Positions 1-9,509 are shown, counted from the stretch's first letter. The stretch: 64,000 nucleotides of DNA from Desulfobacterales bacterium (GCA_046483495.1 JAWODC010000070.1:93558-157557), one strand, 5' to 3'. Numbers and translations: made by a program. The notes: generated from the sequence alone by a model not told the origin.

Positions 1-999
1 GGAGCTTCCGGATCCGGACAGCCGGAAACAGGTGCGCAAAGCTCAAGCACATCCAATTCTGGCTCCTCCGGGGCGGGTACTTCCAATAGCTCCGGATCGA
101 GCAGTGGGGCGGCTACCGAATCCGGCTCATCCCCCGGAACCTCCGCCCGCCAGGCATCCTCTTCCCGCCGGACCAGGGCGGACGGATCGCCGGGGTTTTC
201 CCTGGTGGCCTCCTACAAGATGAAACGGATCAAGCGTTCGGGAAAAATGGTCTACCACATGAATCATTTCCGAACCGAAACCCAGGCCTTTGCCATGGCC
301 GAAAACATCGGGTCCATCTTTAAGAAATACGGCCGTGACAAGCGGGTTTTCAGGGCGGTCACCATCGATGATCCCGTCTTCAAACAGCGGGAAATCCGCG
401 TCACGCTGGACGGGCAGGATGCCGCCACGTTCACGAAATACCTCAATTTTGTCACCGTAAAAATGAAAAAACGGCACCAGCGGGGCGATCTCACCACCGC
501 AGAAATCGTGATTACACCGGACACATTCAGTGATTCAGGGAATCATTTTTCCATGACCTACGGCTGGAAAAATGACGCCGATCGCACACGATGGCTGAAT
601 TACGAATACCAGGCCATCTGGTCGTTTCACGGAGGAGTGGAGATGCGGTCCCCATGGATACAGACGGATTCCCCGATGCTTGCCTTATCCCCCCCGCACC
701 GGTACCGCACCCTGTCCATCGAAGGGAACGGGGATGTGCTGTCCCGTGCCGGTGTCCGGCACGGTGTGGTAACGCTCTTATGCCGTATCGGGGATCGGTA
801 TCTTCAGCAGCGGGTGACGATTCGCAACAACGGCCCGGCGCCTTCCACGGTTCTGGAGGTTCCGGAAGATCCGAACAACCCCGAAACGAAAGTCGGGATC
901 ACCTGGTACCTCACAGAAAACCGGAAAGTGACCTCAGAAGAATCCGGGTTCGAAGGAGACATTATATATTGGGACCAACTGCCCAAAGGAGGTATTTAA
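1..999 (+). CDS. Uncharacterised protein, paralog 1 of 3 (5'-truncated by window); Ser/Gly-rich insert followed by conserved C-terminal half
   Basis: Frame open from base 1 (GASGSGQPETGAQSSSTSNSGSS...) into the 205..999 ORF; motif MAENIG...VTIDDPVFKQREIRVTLDG aligns with the two downstream ORFs. Confidence 0.85.
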   Translation, partial: GASGSGQPETGAQSSSTSNSGSSGAGTSNSSGSSSGAATESGSSPGTSARQASSSRRTRADGSPGFSLVASYKMKRIKRSGKMVYHMNHFRTETQAFAMAENIGSIFKKYGRDKRVFRAVTIDDPVFKQREIRVTLDGQDAATFTKYLNFVTVKMKKRHQRGDLTTAEIVITPDTFSDSGNHFSMTYGWKNDADRTRWLNYEYQAIWSFHGGVEMRSPWIQTDSPMLALSPPHRYRTLSIEGNGDVLSRAGVRHGVVTLLCRIGDRYLQQRVTIRNNGPAPSTVLEVPEDPNNPETKVGITWYLTENRKVTSEESGFEGDIIYWDQLPKGGI

Positions 1000-1001
1000 G
1001 C

Positions 1002-2771
1002 ATGACTTGCTTACGCAAATTCTGGCGGATACTGCTATGCATACTGATGCCGATGTTTGCCGGACCGGCATGGGCTCTTGTGAACTACGAAGCCGGCCAA
1101 CTGGAACTGAACGGTATTTTACTGCTCCAGGATGCCGGGGATCCCGATGTTTATTATTATCTGCCGCCCGCCCCCCGGGTGTCTGAAAGAAAAGACGGTG
1201 GACTCGAGCTCTCCCTGGTGAAATTCATCGACCCAAAAGGGGACACCAGCGGCGGACTTCTGCATATGCTGGTGACGTTTACGCTGCCGGAAGATGAACT
1301 GAAGAATCTTCGGGAAGCATTGAAACAGGAAAACGGTAAAGCGCGCATCGCCGGACCGATTCCGCTGCACCAGGACGAAGAAGGCAGCTTTACGATTATT
1401 TCCGGATCGTTGTCGGACAAGGGATTTACCCGGAGTCTCATCAGCAGCGGCCGGGCACCGGTAACCCCGGGTTCGAAGGCTGCCGTGGCGGCGACACTGA
1501 GCCCCCATGGGGCGACCCTGTTGTGGGAATCGCTGTCCAAACCCACTTCGGATGTTTCAGTGGCCCTGCGAACCTATTATGAAGCGGTTCTGCCGTCTTT
1601 TCAGGCCAAAATAAGCGCCGAAATCAGTACGGTTTACGAGCATTTTTCCCGGGTGAAAAATCGACAGGAAAATTATACCAAGCGCCAGCTCAGGGACATC
1701 ATGGATGAACTTGTCAGAGAAGGCGTTATTCATGTGGAGATTTTTGACCGGCTTCCCGAGGATGCGGCCGCCAAGGCCATGCAAAACCTGGTTGATCTGG
1801 CAACCACAAAATTAACGGAAATCATTTTCGATCAGCAAACCGGGTTTACGGCCATTCCGGAAAAGGAGCAGGCCGTGGAGTCCGGACAAATCGCCGGCCG
1901 ACAGAAAAAAGGATGGCTGGCAAGGCTGTTTACGAGTTCCGGCAACCAGAAATACTACACAGACAATCAGTACGTTCTAAAAGAGCGCTCCGACGTCAAC
2001 AGGGCCGTATTTCATATCAATTTAACCCGCCGCGCCGTGGTGAAGGTGCCGATGGATACGGCGGGAAACATTTCAGGGCTTTACCGCGAATTTAGAGAAA
2101 ATCCGGAAATGTTTCGGGTGGTGAACCTTGCCGACCCGGCTTTCCAAAAAAGGGAAGTCTATTTCCACATCGACGGTGATTTCTCCGGTGTGTTCGAGGA
2201 CATGATGAACTACGCCGGTGTTTCCATTTTGAAAACCTATAACGATCATGAGGATGCCACCGGAGAACTGATTTTTACCCGGGAAGATATTCGGGAAGGA
2301 AGATTGAGCAAATCCTGGCGATATGCAAGACTGGGTGAGAAGGACGACGCCTGGCTCGATTACGGGTATCGCACCACGTGGAGCCTGCAGGGCCGCAACC
2401 GTATCACGTATCCGAAAAAAGAAGGCGAATGGATAAAAAGCGGCGATCCTATCATCACCATAGCGCCGCCATTGGCCCGAATGGATCTGGAGCTGGACGC
2501 AGACCGATTTCTTTTCGAAGATGCAGGTATTCGCAGTGCAACCGTAGAAGTCAAATACAAGATGTTCAACAAGGAATTGCCGCCCAGGCGCCTGGCGGTC
2601 ATGCGGGTTACGGATGCGGAGTCGGTTTCGAAATCGGTTGTATTTCATGATCCCGGAGAACCTGTCTTTTACCGCGTGAACTGGTATGCTTCGAAAGGTC
2701 AACCGATTAAGGGGGAATGGCAAAAGCTCGAAGGGACCTATCTCGTTCTCATGCCGCCGGAGCAGTTTTGA
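1002..2771 (+). CDS. Uncharacterised secreted protein, paralog 2 (589 aa, Sec signal peptide)
   Basis: ATG at 1002 with AGGAGG RBS at 987-992; N-terminus MTCLRKFWRILLCILMPMFAGPAWA is a signal peptide; motifs YYYLP, GGLLH, SGRAPV, GATLL, NLADPAFQKREV shared with paralog 3. Confidence 0.85.
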   Translation: MTCLRKFWRILLCILMPMFAGPAWALVNYEAGQLELNGILLLQDAGDPDVYYYLPPAPRVSERKDGGLELSLVKFIDPKGDTSGGLLHMLVTFTLPEDELKNLREALKQENGKARIAGPIPLHQDEEGSFTIISGSLSDKGFTRSLISSGRAPVTPGSKAAVAATLSPHGATLLWESLSKPTSDVSVALRTYYEAVLPSFQAKISAEISTVYEHFSRVKNRQENYTKRQLRDIMDELVREGVIHVEIFDRLPEDAAAKAMQNLVDLATTKLTEIIFDQQTGFTAIPEKEQAVESGQIAGRQKKGWLARLFTSSGNQKYYTDNQYVLKERSDVNRAVFHINLTRRAVVKVPMDTAGNISGLYREFRENPEMFRVVNLADPAFQKREVYFHIDGDFSGVFEDMMNYAGVSILKTYNDHEDATGELIFTREDIREGRLSKSWRYARLGEKDDAWLDYGYRTTWSLQGRNRITYPKKEGEWIKSGDPIITIAPPLARMDLELDADRFLFEDAGIRSATVEVKYKMFNKELPPRRLAVMRVTDAESVSKSVVFHDPGEPVFYRVNWYASKGQPIKGEWQKLEGTYLVLMPPEQF

Positions 2772-2874
2772 AAATGATGAGGATAGCATTTTGAGCAGGC
2801 CCCGACGTTCAGGATGATGGGCACTCTTATTTCTCCTGCCGAGGCAGGGACCGGAGGAAAAAAAGGAGGGAAGG

Positions 2875-4869
2875 ATGATGTTTCGTTCTTTAAAACGTGT
2901 CGGCACACTATCGATTATGGTTGCAGCGATTGCCCTGCCCGTGGGGCATGCATCGGCGGCACTTGATGCATTCAAGAATCAACACATCAAACATATCCAG
3001 AAATTGAAGCCCTTGAACATAAAGCCGGCATTGAGGATGCCTTCCGCAGCTGCCGTCAGAGAAGTCGGCGGTGTCCAGTATGGCCGCCATGTGGATGTCA
3101 AGCTAAAAGACGGCACCACGGTTCGGTGTTTTCCGGCCGCCGTAAATGATCCGGAAAAAACGAGCAGCAATTACTACTACCTGCCGACCCAGCCCCATGT
3201 CTCAACCCATGCGGATGGGCTGCCGAAGTTCTCGATGATTCGCTTTGTCACGGATAAATCCAAGGAAGCCGGAGGTGCCGAGGGAGCAGTTCTTCACTTT
3301 TTGGTGGAATACGGCCTGGACCAAAAACAGGTGAATGAAACGGCCAAGCTTTTGAAGGCCAAGGTAAAAGGTGCTGTTTTGAAAGGAGCTGTTCCCCTGG
3401 AAGTAGGTGCCGAAGGCAACAGCTTTAATGTGATCTCAGCTGTTTTGGGTGATGATGCATTTACGCCGACACTGATCACCAGCGGTAAAGCTCCCGTCAT
3501 GGAGGGGCAGCAGGTGGCGGTTGCCGCCCGACTGGATGCGTATGGGGCGACCCTTCTGGCGGAAGGTTTTAAAGACCCTACATCCCAGGTTTCGGTGGCC
3601 TTTGATTTGAAGTATATGGTAAAACTTCCGGCTTATGATGTAAAGGTCACCATCGATTATGATAAATATCACGAGGTGGAATCCGAATATACCCATGAAC
3701 GCCATAAAACCGTAAACAGAAAAAGATACTGGAACCCCAAATGGTACAACCCCCTCAAGATCAGTACGAGAAAAACCACCACCCTGACGGAAAAGGAGCA
3801 GAATCAGATGATGGATTTTCTCACGGAAAGCGGGGTCGTGACCTTCGAATATATTCAGCATGTGCCTGACAGCGATAAGGAGATTGTGGATAGCGGGCTG
3901 CATAAAATCGTTCTCGAATCTTTTTTTGACATGCAAAAGCGATTGGGAGAGCCTACGGAAGAAGAATTGACTTCCGATGAAGAAACCGAAGACAAGGAAG
4001 TGGTTGCTGCGCGAAGAAAGGAAGCGGCAAAACACAACCACTATTCCTATACTGTTTTTCAGCGAAAAGAAATTCGACGAAAATCCAAACAGGTGCTGAA
4101 CCTGAAAAAAGTGATCGCCCGCTATGAAACCTACACGATGACCGGCAATATCGGGGCGTGGTACATTGATTTTAAAGACAATCCCAAACTGGTTTCGGAA
4201 GTCAACCTGGATGACCCCTTTTTCCAGCGACGTGAAATGCGGTTCGTTATCGACAACGAGGCCTACGATATTTTCACCGAGATGGTGAATTACGCCACAA
4301 TTCAGGTTCGGGTGCCCAGAAAGGGCCAGCGCCCCTTCATCGATGAAATGACGATTGACCGAAAATACCTGGAATCCAACGGTCAGACCGCTACACTGAC
4401 GTACGCCCGCATGGGGGATGATGCTCAAACCTATGATTATGCGGTGCAGTGGAGCCTGCGTGGCGGACATCTGTATCCGGAACAGCCCCAGTGGAACCAG
4501 GGTGAGCTCATGGCGGTAACCTTGTCCGCCCCCGTGCGCCCCCGCACGCTGGAGGCGGAAGCGGATTTGGGGGAACTCGAAGACCTGGGCATCGCCCGGG
4601 TCAGCGTCGAGTTGAAATACAGCCAATTCGGAAAAACCAAAACGGATGCCAAGGCGCTGTCCCTTTCACCTTCGGTCGGTGAGCCCATGGTGAACAAGGT
4701 GATTTACCAGGATGTGGGCAGCGACAAGCTGTCCTATCGCCTGATCTATCACCACAAGAAAATGGGAAAAATGGTTCAGGATGGCTGGCAGCCGGTTCAG
4801 GGGGATTATATCTACTGTGCGCCAACGGAAATGGTTGTCGAAAAGATCAGGAATGCTTTAAGTAGTTAG
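2875..4869 (+). CDS. Uncharacterised secreted protein, paralog 3 (664 aa, Sec signal peptide)
   Basis: GGAGG RBS upstream; signal peptide ending GHASA; motifs YYYLP, GAVLH, SGKAPV, GATLL, NLDDPFFQRREM. Confidence 0.88.
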   Translation: MMFRSLKRVGTLSIMVAAIALPVGHASAALDAFKNQHIKHIQKLKPLNIKPALRMPSAAAVREVGGVQYGRHVDVKLKDGTTVRCFPAAVNDPEKTSSNYYYLPTQPHVSTHADGLPKFSMIRFVTDKSKEAGGAEGAVLHFLVEYGLDQKQVNETAKLLKAKVKGAVLKGAVPLEVGAEGNSFNVISAVLGDDAFTPTLITSGKAPVMEGQQVAVAARLDAYGATLLAEGFKDPTSQVSVAFDLKYMVKLPAYDVKVTIDYDKYHEVESEYTHERHKTVNRKRYWNPKWYNPLKISTRKTTTLTEKEQNQMMDFLTESGVVTFEYIQHVPDSDKEIVDSGLHKIVLESFFDMQKRLGEPTEEELTSDEETEDKEVVAARRKEAAKHNHYSYTVFQRKEIRRKSKQVLNLKKVIARYETYTMTGNIGAWYIDFKDNPKLVSEVNLDDPFFQRREMRFVIDNEAYDIFTEMVNYATIQVRVPRKGQRPFIDEMTIDRKYLESNGQTATLTYARMGDDAQTYDYAVQWSLRGGHLYPEQPQWNQGELMAVTLSAPVRPRTLEAEADLGELEDLGIARVSVELKYSQFGKTKTDAKALSLSPSVGEPMVNKVIYQDVGSDKLSYRLIYHHKKMGKMVQDGWQPVQGDYIYCAPTEMVVEKIRNALSS

Positions 4870-5009
4870 ACCAACCAGAAATGAGAAAATTCGATTCCGT
4901 TCAAGGCGGCCGGTAAATTTTAACCGCAGGAATACATTGAGTATTTTGAGGATTAAAATTTCCCGGCCAATGCAGAAATGGCGCGAATCAGCCATTTATG
5001 AATGGACAC
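4867..5009. repeat. Dispersed ~142-bp imperfect palindromic element (MITE/REP-like), copy A
   Basis: Ends CCAACCAGAAAT...ATTTATGAATGGACAC; internal GTTCAAGGC, CCGCAGGAATA and TATTTTGAGGA motifs match copies at 9269 and 62361. Confidence 0.8.
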
Positions 5010-5077
5010 TGATATGGAAGCAGAAGCCGAACTGTGTCCCCCCTTTTCGGGGACGTCTATCTCACACGGAGGCATTT

Positions 5078-6511
5078 ATGGCATTTTCGGAGTATTACGC
5101 ATACGACGGGGTGGGTCTTGCCGAGTTGGTGCGAAAACGGGAAGTGTCACCTTCTGAACTGGTGGAGGAGGCTATTGCGCGCATCGAGCGCCATAATCCC
5201 AGACTAAACGCCGTTACTTACAAAGCCTTCGATGAAGCGAGAACCGCCGCGAAGAGGGAATTGCCCGACGGGCCTTTTTCCGGCGTCCCCTTTCTCATCA
5301 AGGATATCGACCTGCCTGTCAAAGGATGGCCCATGACAAACGGCTCTGCATTTCTGGCCGGCAACGTGTCTCAGTACGATGCCGAGCTGACCCGACGGTA
5401 TCGCGCATCGGGGGTGGTGCTGCTCGGCAAGACCAATACCCCTGAATTCGGGATTCCCGGCACCACTGAAGGGCGTTACCTGGGCATCTGCCGCAATCCC
5501 TGGGACCCCGATTACAGTTCGGGGGGCTCGTCCGGCGGTGCGGCCGCCGCTGTCGCTTCCGGAATGGTGCCGATGGCCCATGGCAGCGACGGTCTCGGCT
5601 CCATCCGCATTCCAGCGGCCCAATGCGGGCTTGTCGGGCTGAAGCCGACGCAGTACCGCACGCCCGGCGGCCCGGATGACCGCAACCGTGCTCACGGGTT
5701 TGTAATCGATCACGTGCTGACACGAACCGTGCGGGACTGCGCGGCCATGCTGGACTGGACCGGTTATCCCGAAGATGACGCCCCTTATGCCCCGCCTCCG
5801 AAATCGGGGCCCTACATCGAGGAGATCAAAACCCCTCCGGGAAAATTGCGCATCGGCTTTTCCGTGGAGAATCCATCCGGTACGCCGCTCGATGGCGATG
5901 TCAAACGCGTGTTCGACGAAACGGTGTCGCTGCTTGGCGAGCTTGGATATATCATGATCGAAAAGCCGACATTCGGCATCGACTGGGTTTCGCTTTTCAT
6001 GGCACAGGCCTGTGTTTCCGGGACGATATTCACGGCCACCCTGGAAAATTGGAAACAGGTCCTGGGCCGTGAACCCGGAGAAAACGATCTCGAACCCCTC
6101 GCCCGGACAAGTTATGAATCCGCACGAAAACTGACGGCTTCGCAGATCGGCTGGGGAATGCAGACGCTGCGCATGATGACGCGACAGATATTGGCGATGT
6201 GGCGGGAATTCGATGTGCTGCTGACACCGGTCACCATTACGCCGCCGCCGCCCCTCGGCTTTCTCGACCCGGTAAACGTGGAACCGGCGGAGTTCAATCA
6301 CCGACAGGCACGGATATACGGCTACACCCCACCCTTTAACATGACAGGACAGCCCTCCATATCACTACCCCTGGGATGGTCGAAAGACAATCTGCCGATC
6401 GGGATGATGTTTACCGGCCGCTACGGAGACGAAGCGACGCTTTTCCGGCTGGCAAGCCGGCTTGAAGAGGCCAGGCCGTGGAAAGACAAACACCCGCAGA
6501 TTTGGGGATAG
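5078..6511 (+). CDS. Amidase signature family protein (6-aminohexanoate-cyclic-dimer hydrolase-like)
   Basis: GVPFLIKD, GKTNTPEFG, GGSSGG, SDGLGSIRIPA motifs; ATG 5078 with GGAGG RBS. Confidence 0.9.
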   Translation: MAFSEYYAYDGVGLAELVRKREVSPSELVEEAIARIERHNPRLNAVTYKAFDEARTAAKRELPDGPFSGVPFLIKDIDLPVKGWPMTNGSAFLAGNVSQYDAELTRRYRASGVVLLGKTNTPEFGIPGTTEGRYLGICRNPWDPDYSSGGSSGGAAAAVASGMVPMAHGSDGLGSIRIPAAQCGLVGLKPTQYRTPGGPDDRNRAHGFVIDHVLTRTVRDCAAMLDWTGYPEDDAPYAPPPKSGPYIEEIKTPPGKLRIGFSVENPSGTPLDGDVKRVFDETVSLLGELGYIMIEKPTFGIDWVSLFMAQACVSGTIFTATLENWKQVLGREPGENDLEPLARTSYESARKLTASQIGWGMQTLRMMTRQILAMWREFDVLLTPVTITPPPPLGFLDPVNVEPAEFNHRQARIYGYTPPFNMTGQPSISLPLGWSKDNLPIGMMFTGRYGDEATLFRLASRLEEARPWKDKHPQIWG

Positions 6512-6680
6512 GCGCCAACCCGTGGGAACCCAGGTAAACTTCTACGATCGGTATTATTTCAACGGATACGCACGAGATGGGGAATACTTCTTTTCGGTGG
6601 CCATGGGCATCTATCCCTACCGGAATATCATGGATGCATCCGTTAGCATTATTCTCGATGGCACCCAGCAGTGCCCATCC
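6512..6680 (+). pseudogene. Fragment of a conserved hypothetical protein family (NFYDRYxFNGY motif)
   Basis: Reads PVGTQVNFYDRYYFNGYARDGEYFFSVAMGIYPYRNIMDASVSIILDGTQ; protein-like but without a credible start and drifting off after ~55 aa. Confidence 0.55.
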
Positions 6681-6750
6681 GGACGATACGGCTGGATGGT
6701 ATGCCCGGCTTCTACCGGGAAAGGTGAAGATAACCAAAACGAGGTGAAAA

Positions 6751-7560
6751 ATGACACATGTCAGGGACTTGTTTAATTTGGATGGAAAAGTGGCACTGGT
6801 TACGGGCGGCAGCCGGGGACTCGGCTGGTTTGCCGCCGAAGGATTGGCTGAGGCCGGTGCCGATGTGGCGATCTGCGGCAGAAATGTACAGGGAAACCTC
6901 GAGGAAGCTGCCGGAAACCTTAGGGCCATTAGGGCCACCGGCCGGAATATTCTGGCCGTTAAAGGGGACGTGTCCCGGGAGGAGGATGTCCTCGAGATCG
7001 TAAGGCAAGTGAAGGAGCATTACGGCCGATGCGATATTTTGGTCAACAGCGCCGGTATTGGAGCCATGGTTCCTTCCGTTCAAATGGACTCCGAAGCCTG
7101 GATCCATATGATGAACGTCAATCTGCTGGGGACATTCCAATGCTGTCGGGAGATCGGCAAGATGATGATCGAGCAGAAATCCGGCAGCATCATCAATTTT
7201 TCAAGTGAAAACGGGCAGGTCGGTTTTTCTGTCGGAATGACCGCCTATGCCGTTACCAAAATCGGCATCGTCGGCATGTCGCGTTCCCTGGCCGTGGAAT
7301 GGGGCAAATACGATATTCGGGTAAATGCCCTCCTTCCGGGCAACATGGAAGAAGGCATGATGGAAGCGCTTAAAGACAAAAGCAGCCCGTTTTATCAAAT
7401 GGCCGGGGAGCCCCTGTTGAACATGACGCCGATCCGCAGATTCGGAAATGGCGATGATATCAAAGGCGCGGTGGTGTTTCTGGCATCGGATGCGTCACGG
7501 TATGTATCCGGTGCAAAAATCGTTGTGGACGGCGGATTTACCATCAATTCGGGATTCTGA
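6751..7560 (+). CDS. SDR family oxidoreductase (gluconate 5-dehydrogenase-like)
   Basis: TGGSRGLG, VNSAG, YAVTK catalytic motif. Confidence 0.9.
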   Translation: MTHVRDLFNLDGKVALVTGGSRGLGWFAAEGLAEAGADVAICGRNVQGNLEEAAGNLRAIRATGRNILAVKGDVSREEDVLEIVRQVKEHYGRCDILVNSAGIGAMVPSVQMDSEAWIHMMNVNLLGTFQCCREIGKMMIEQKSGSIINFSSENGQVGFSVGMTAYAVTKIGIVGMSRSLAVEWGKYDIRVNALLPGNMEEGMMEALKDKSSPFYQMAGEPLLNMTPIRRFGNGDDIKGAVVFLASDASRYVSGAKIVVDGGFTINSGF

Positions 7561-7627
7561 TGAGATTATGACCAATGATTGAAAAAATATAACGAGCAAT
7601 CGGAAAAAGACGGCAAGGAGAAGGCAC

Positions 7628-8143
7628 ATGAAAATACTGGTAACGTACTTCAGCCAGACGGGAAATACGCAAAAGATTGCCGAAGCCATTTGCGAGGGGG
7701 CATCCCCTTCACATGAAGTCGATCTTAAGAGAATCGAAGATATCGAGCCTGCAAATTTCACCGGCTATGATCTTATGTTCATCGGTTCGCCCCTGCACGC
7801 AGGAAATCTGGCAGACCCGGTCAAAGCATTTCTGACGCAAATGAAAGCCGGGGCGGCTGATAAACTGGCGGGTTTTATCACCCACGCCGCACCGGCCTAC
7901 CCGGACCAGGATATGGAAGGGTTTACGGAACCCCTACTAACCGCCTGCAGAAAAAACAATATGGCGTATGCGGGATGCTTTAACTGCCAGGGTTTTCTTG
8001 CCGAAGCGCTGCATGAGATGATCAAAAACAGCCGGAATATGACGGATGAGCAATGGTCGGAAATGGTCGAACAGATGACCGGCCACCCTGATGAAAAAGA
8101 TCTGAAAGACGCCAAAGCCTTTGCCGCGAAGGTGGTGGCATAG
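7628..8143 (+). CDS. Flavodoxin family protein
   Basis: YFSQTGNTQKIAEAI FMN-binding loop; C-terminal HPDEKDLKDAKAFA. Confidence 0.88.
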   Translation: MKILVTYFSQTGNTQKIAEAICEGASPSHEVDLKRIEDIEPANFTGYDLMFIGSPLHAGNLADPVKAFLTQMKAGAADKLAGFITHAAPAYPDQDMEGFTEPLLTACRKNNMAYAGCFNCQGFLAEALHEMIKNSRNMTDEQWSEMVEQMTGHPDEKDLKDAKAFAAKVVA

Positions 8144-8218
8144 GTGCCCGGCAACGCCGCTCGAGACAGGATGTCGTGTTGACTTTCATATGACGTTCTT
8201 TTTTTAGGAGACAGCATT

Positions 8219-8989
8219 ATGGATCTGAAACTCAAAGGAAAAAATGCCGTTGTCACAGGGGGAACCCGCGGAATAGGCCGCGCCATTGCGGAAACGCTGG
8301 CCGACGAAGGATGCAACGTGGCGATTTGTGCTCGAAATCAGGATGAAATATCACAGACCGTCGAGGCCTTGAACGCAAAAGGCATATCAGCCCTCGGAGG
8401 GGTTGCCGATGTAACGGACGGCGACGCGTTGAAAAACTGGATCGAAGAATCGGCCCTACAGCTCGGCGGCCTGGATATTCTCGTTTCAAATGTCGGTGCA
8501 ATGGCTATTGGGGCGGATGCGTCTTCCTGGGAAAAAAATCTACGGACGGACATTTTAGGGGCGGTAAACGCCATCGAAAGCGCTTTGCCGATGCTTGAAG
8601 AAGCCGCGAGTCGAAACGGAGATGCAGCCATTGTGGTAATTGGTTCAGCGGCCTCCGTCAGTGCAGACGAACCCAGTTCCTATGGCGCCATTAAAGGGGC
8701 GCTGGTGCACTACGTCAAGGGATTGGCAAAGCAGAACGCCTCCAAACACATACGCGCCAGTGTCATCTCTCCAGGCATGGTGTATTTTAAAGGGGGGGTC
8801 TGGCACCGGGTGGAACAGGGAATGCCGGATTTTTTCAAGCAGGCGTTGGACAGAAATCCCATGGGACGCATGGCGACCCCGCAGGACATCGCCAACGCCG
8901 CTGTGTTTCTTGCCAGTCCGTGCTCATCCTTTACCTCGGGAATCAACATGATCATCGATGGGGTGATCACGGATCGGGTGAATTACTGA
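8219..8989 (+). CDS. SDR family oxidoreductase (3-oxoacyl reductase-like)
   Basis: TGGTRGIG, YGAIK, NPMGRMATPQDIANAAVFLAS. Confidence 0.9.
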   Translation: MDLKLKGKNAVVTGGTRGIGRAIAETLADEGCNVAICARNQDEISQTVEALNAKGISALGGVADVTDGDALKNWIEESALQLGGLDILVSNVGAMAIGADASSWEKNLRTDILGAVNAIESALPMLEEAASRNGDAAIVVIGSAASVSADEPSSYGAIKGALVHYVKGLAKQNASKHIRASVISPGMVYFKGGVWHRVEQGMPDFFKQALDRNPMGRMATPQDIANAAVFLASPCSSFTSGINMIIDGVITDRVNY

Positions 8990-9268
8990 TCCGGCTGCCG
9001 CCCTTTTTTATCGATTATGCTTCCGGTAGATAATACCCCTTGGATTGGAGGGCGGCTTGATGTCGTCTTTCAAAACTGTTTTATCCATGAAGCCGTCCAT
9101 GATCACCCGAAGATGCGCTTTGCCTCGGCCTTCTCATCCCGGTGATCGGGATGCGAGATGCGTATCGATGTGACTTGCAGTTTCCGGACGGCCCCGAATT
9201 GGTTGTTGCGTATTTATATCAAAAAAGGTAATTACAGGTTCTGACAACGGCCGAATCGCCGCTACTTA

Positions 9269-9410
9269 GTGTTCATCCAGAAATAGGCAATTTCACGTGA
9301 GTTCAAGGCGGACGCAAGATCGAAACCGCAGGAATAGTGTGCTATTTTGAGGATTTCGATTTTGCGTCCAACGCAGAAATCGCGTGAAAGGGCCATTTAT
9401 GGATGGACAC
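9269..9410. repeat. Dispersed palindromic element, copy B (intact terminal inverted repeats, flanked by TACTTA direct repeats)
   Basis: GTGTTCATCCAGAAAT...ATTTATGGATGGACAC; TACTTA at 9263-9268 and 9411-9416. Confidence 0.85.
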
Positions 9411-9509
9411 TACTTAACATCAAACAACAACGACCCTGCCAGGCAAAATTTCATCCTTCTGTTTTTATTCTAGTTTTCGGTTGCTGCACAACGGGTATCG
9501 GAGGCATAC

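Noticed and set aside
591..1001. 137-aa N-terminal extension of the 591..2771 ORF
   Set aside because: It overlaps paralog 1 out of frame; the RBS and signal peptide mark the true start at 1002
3070..3095. YGR tripeptide in paralog 3 as a CDC-like cytolysin signature
   Set aside because: Near the N-terminus and absent at the equivalent position of paralog 2; not diagnostic
4937..5077. N-terminal extension of the amidase, plus similar short ORFs at 9347 and 62440
   Set aside because: These are translations of the palindromic repeat (MSILRIKIS, MRISILRP, MSIKISGRR), not real coding sequence
4867..9416. Palindromic elements as integron attC sites or CRISPR repeats
   Set aside because: No RYYYAAC/GTTRRRY core ends, no regular repeat-spacer period, no intI or cas genes; copies also sit among core genes
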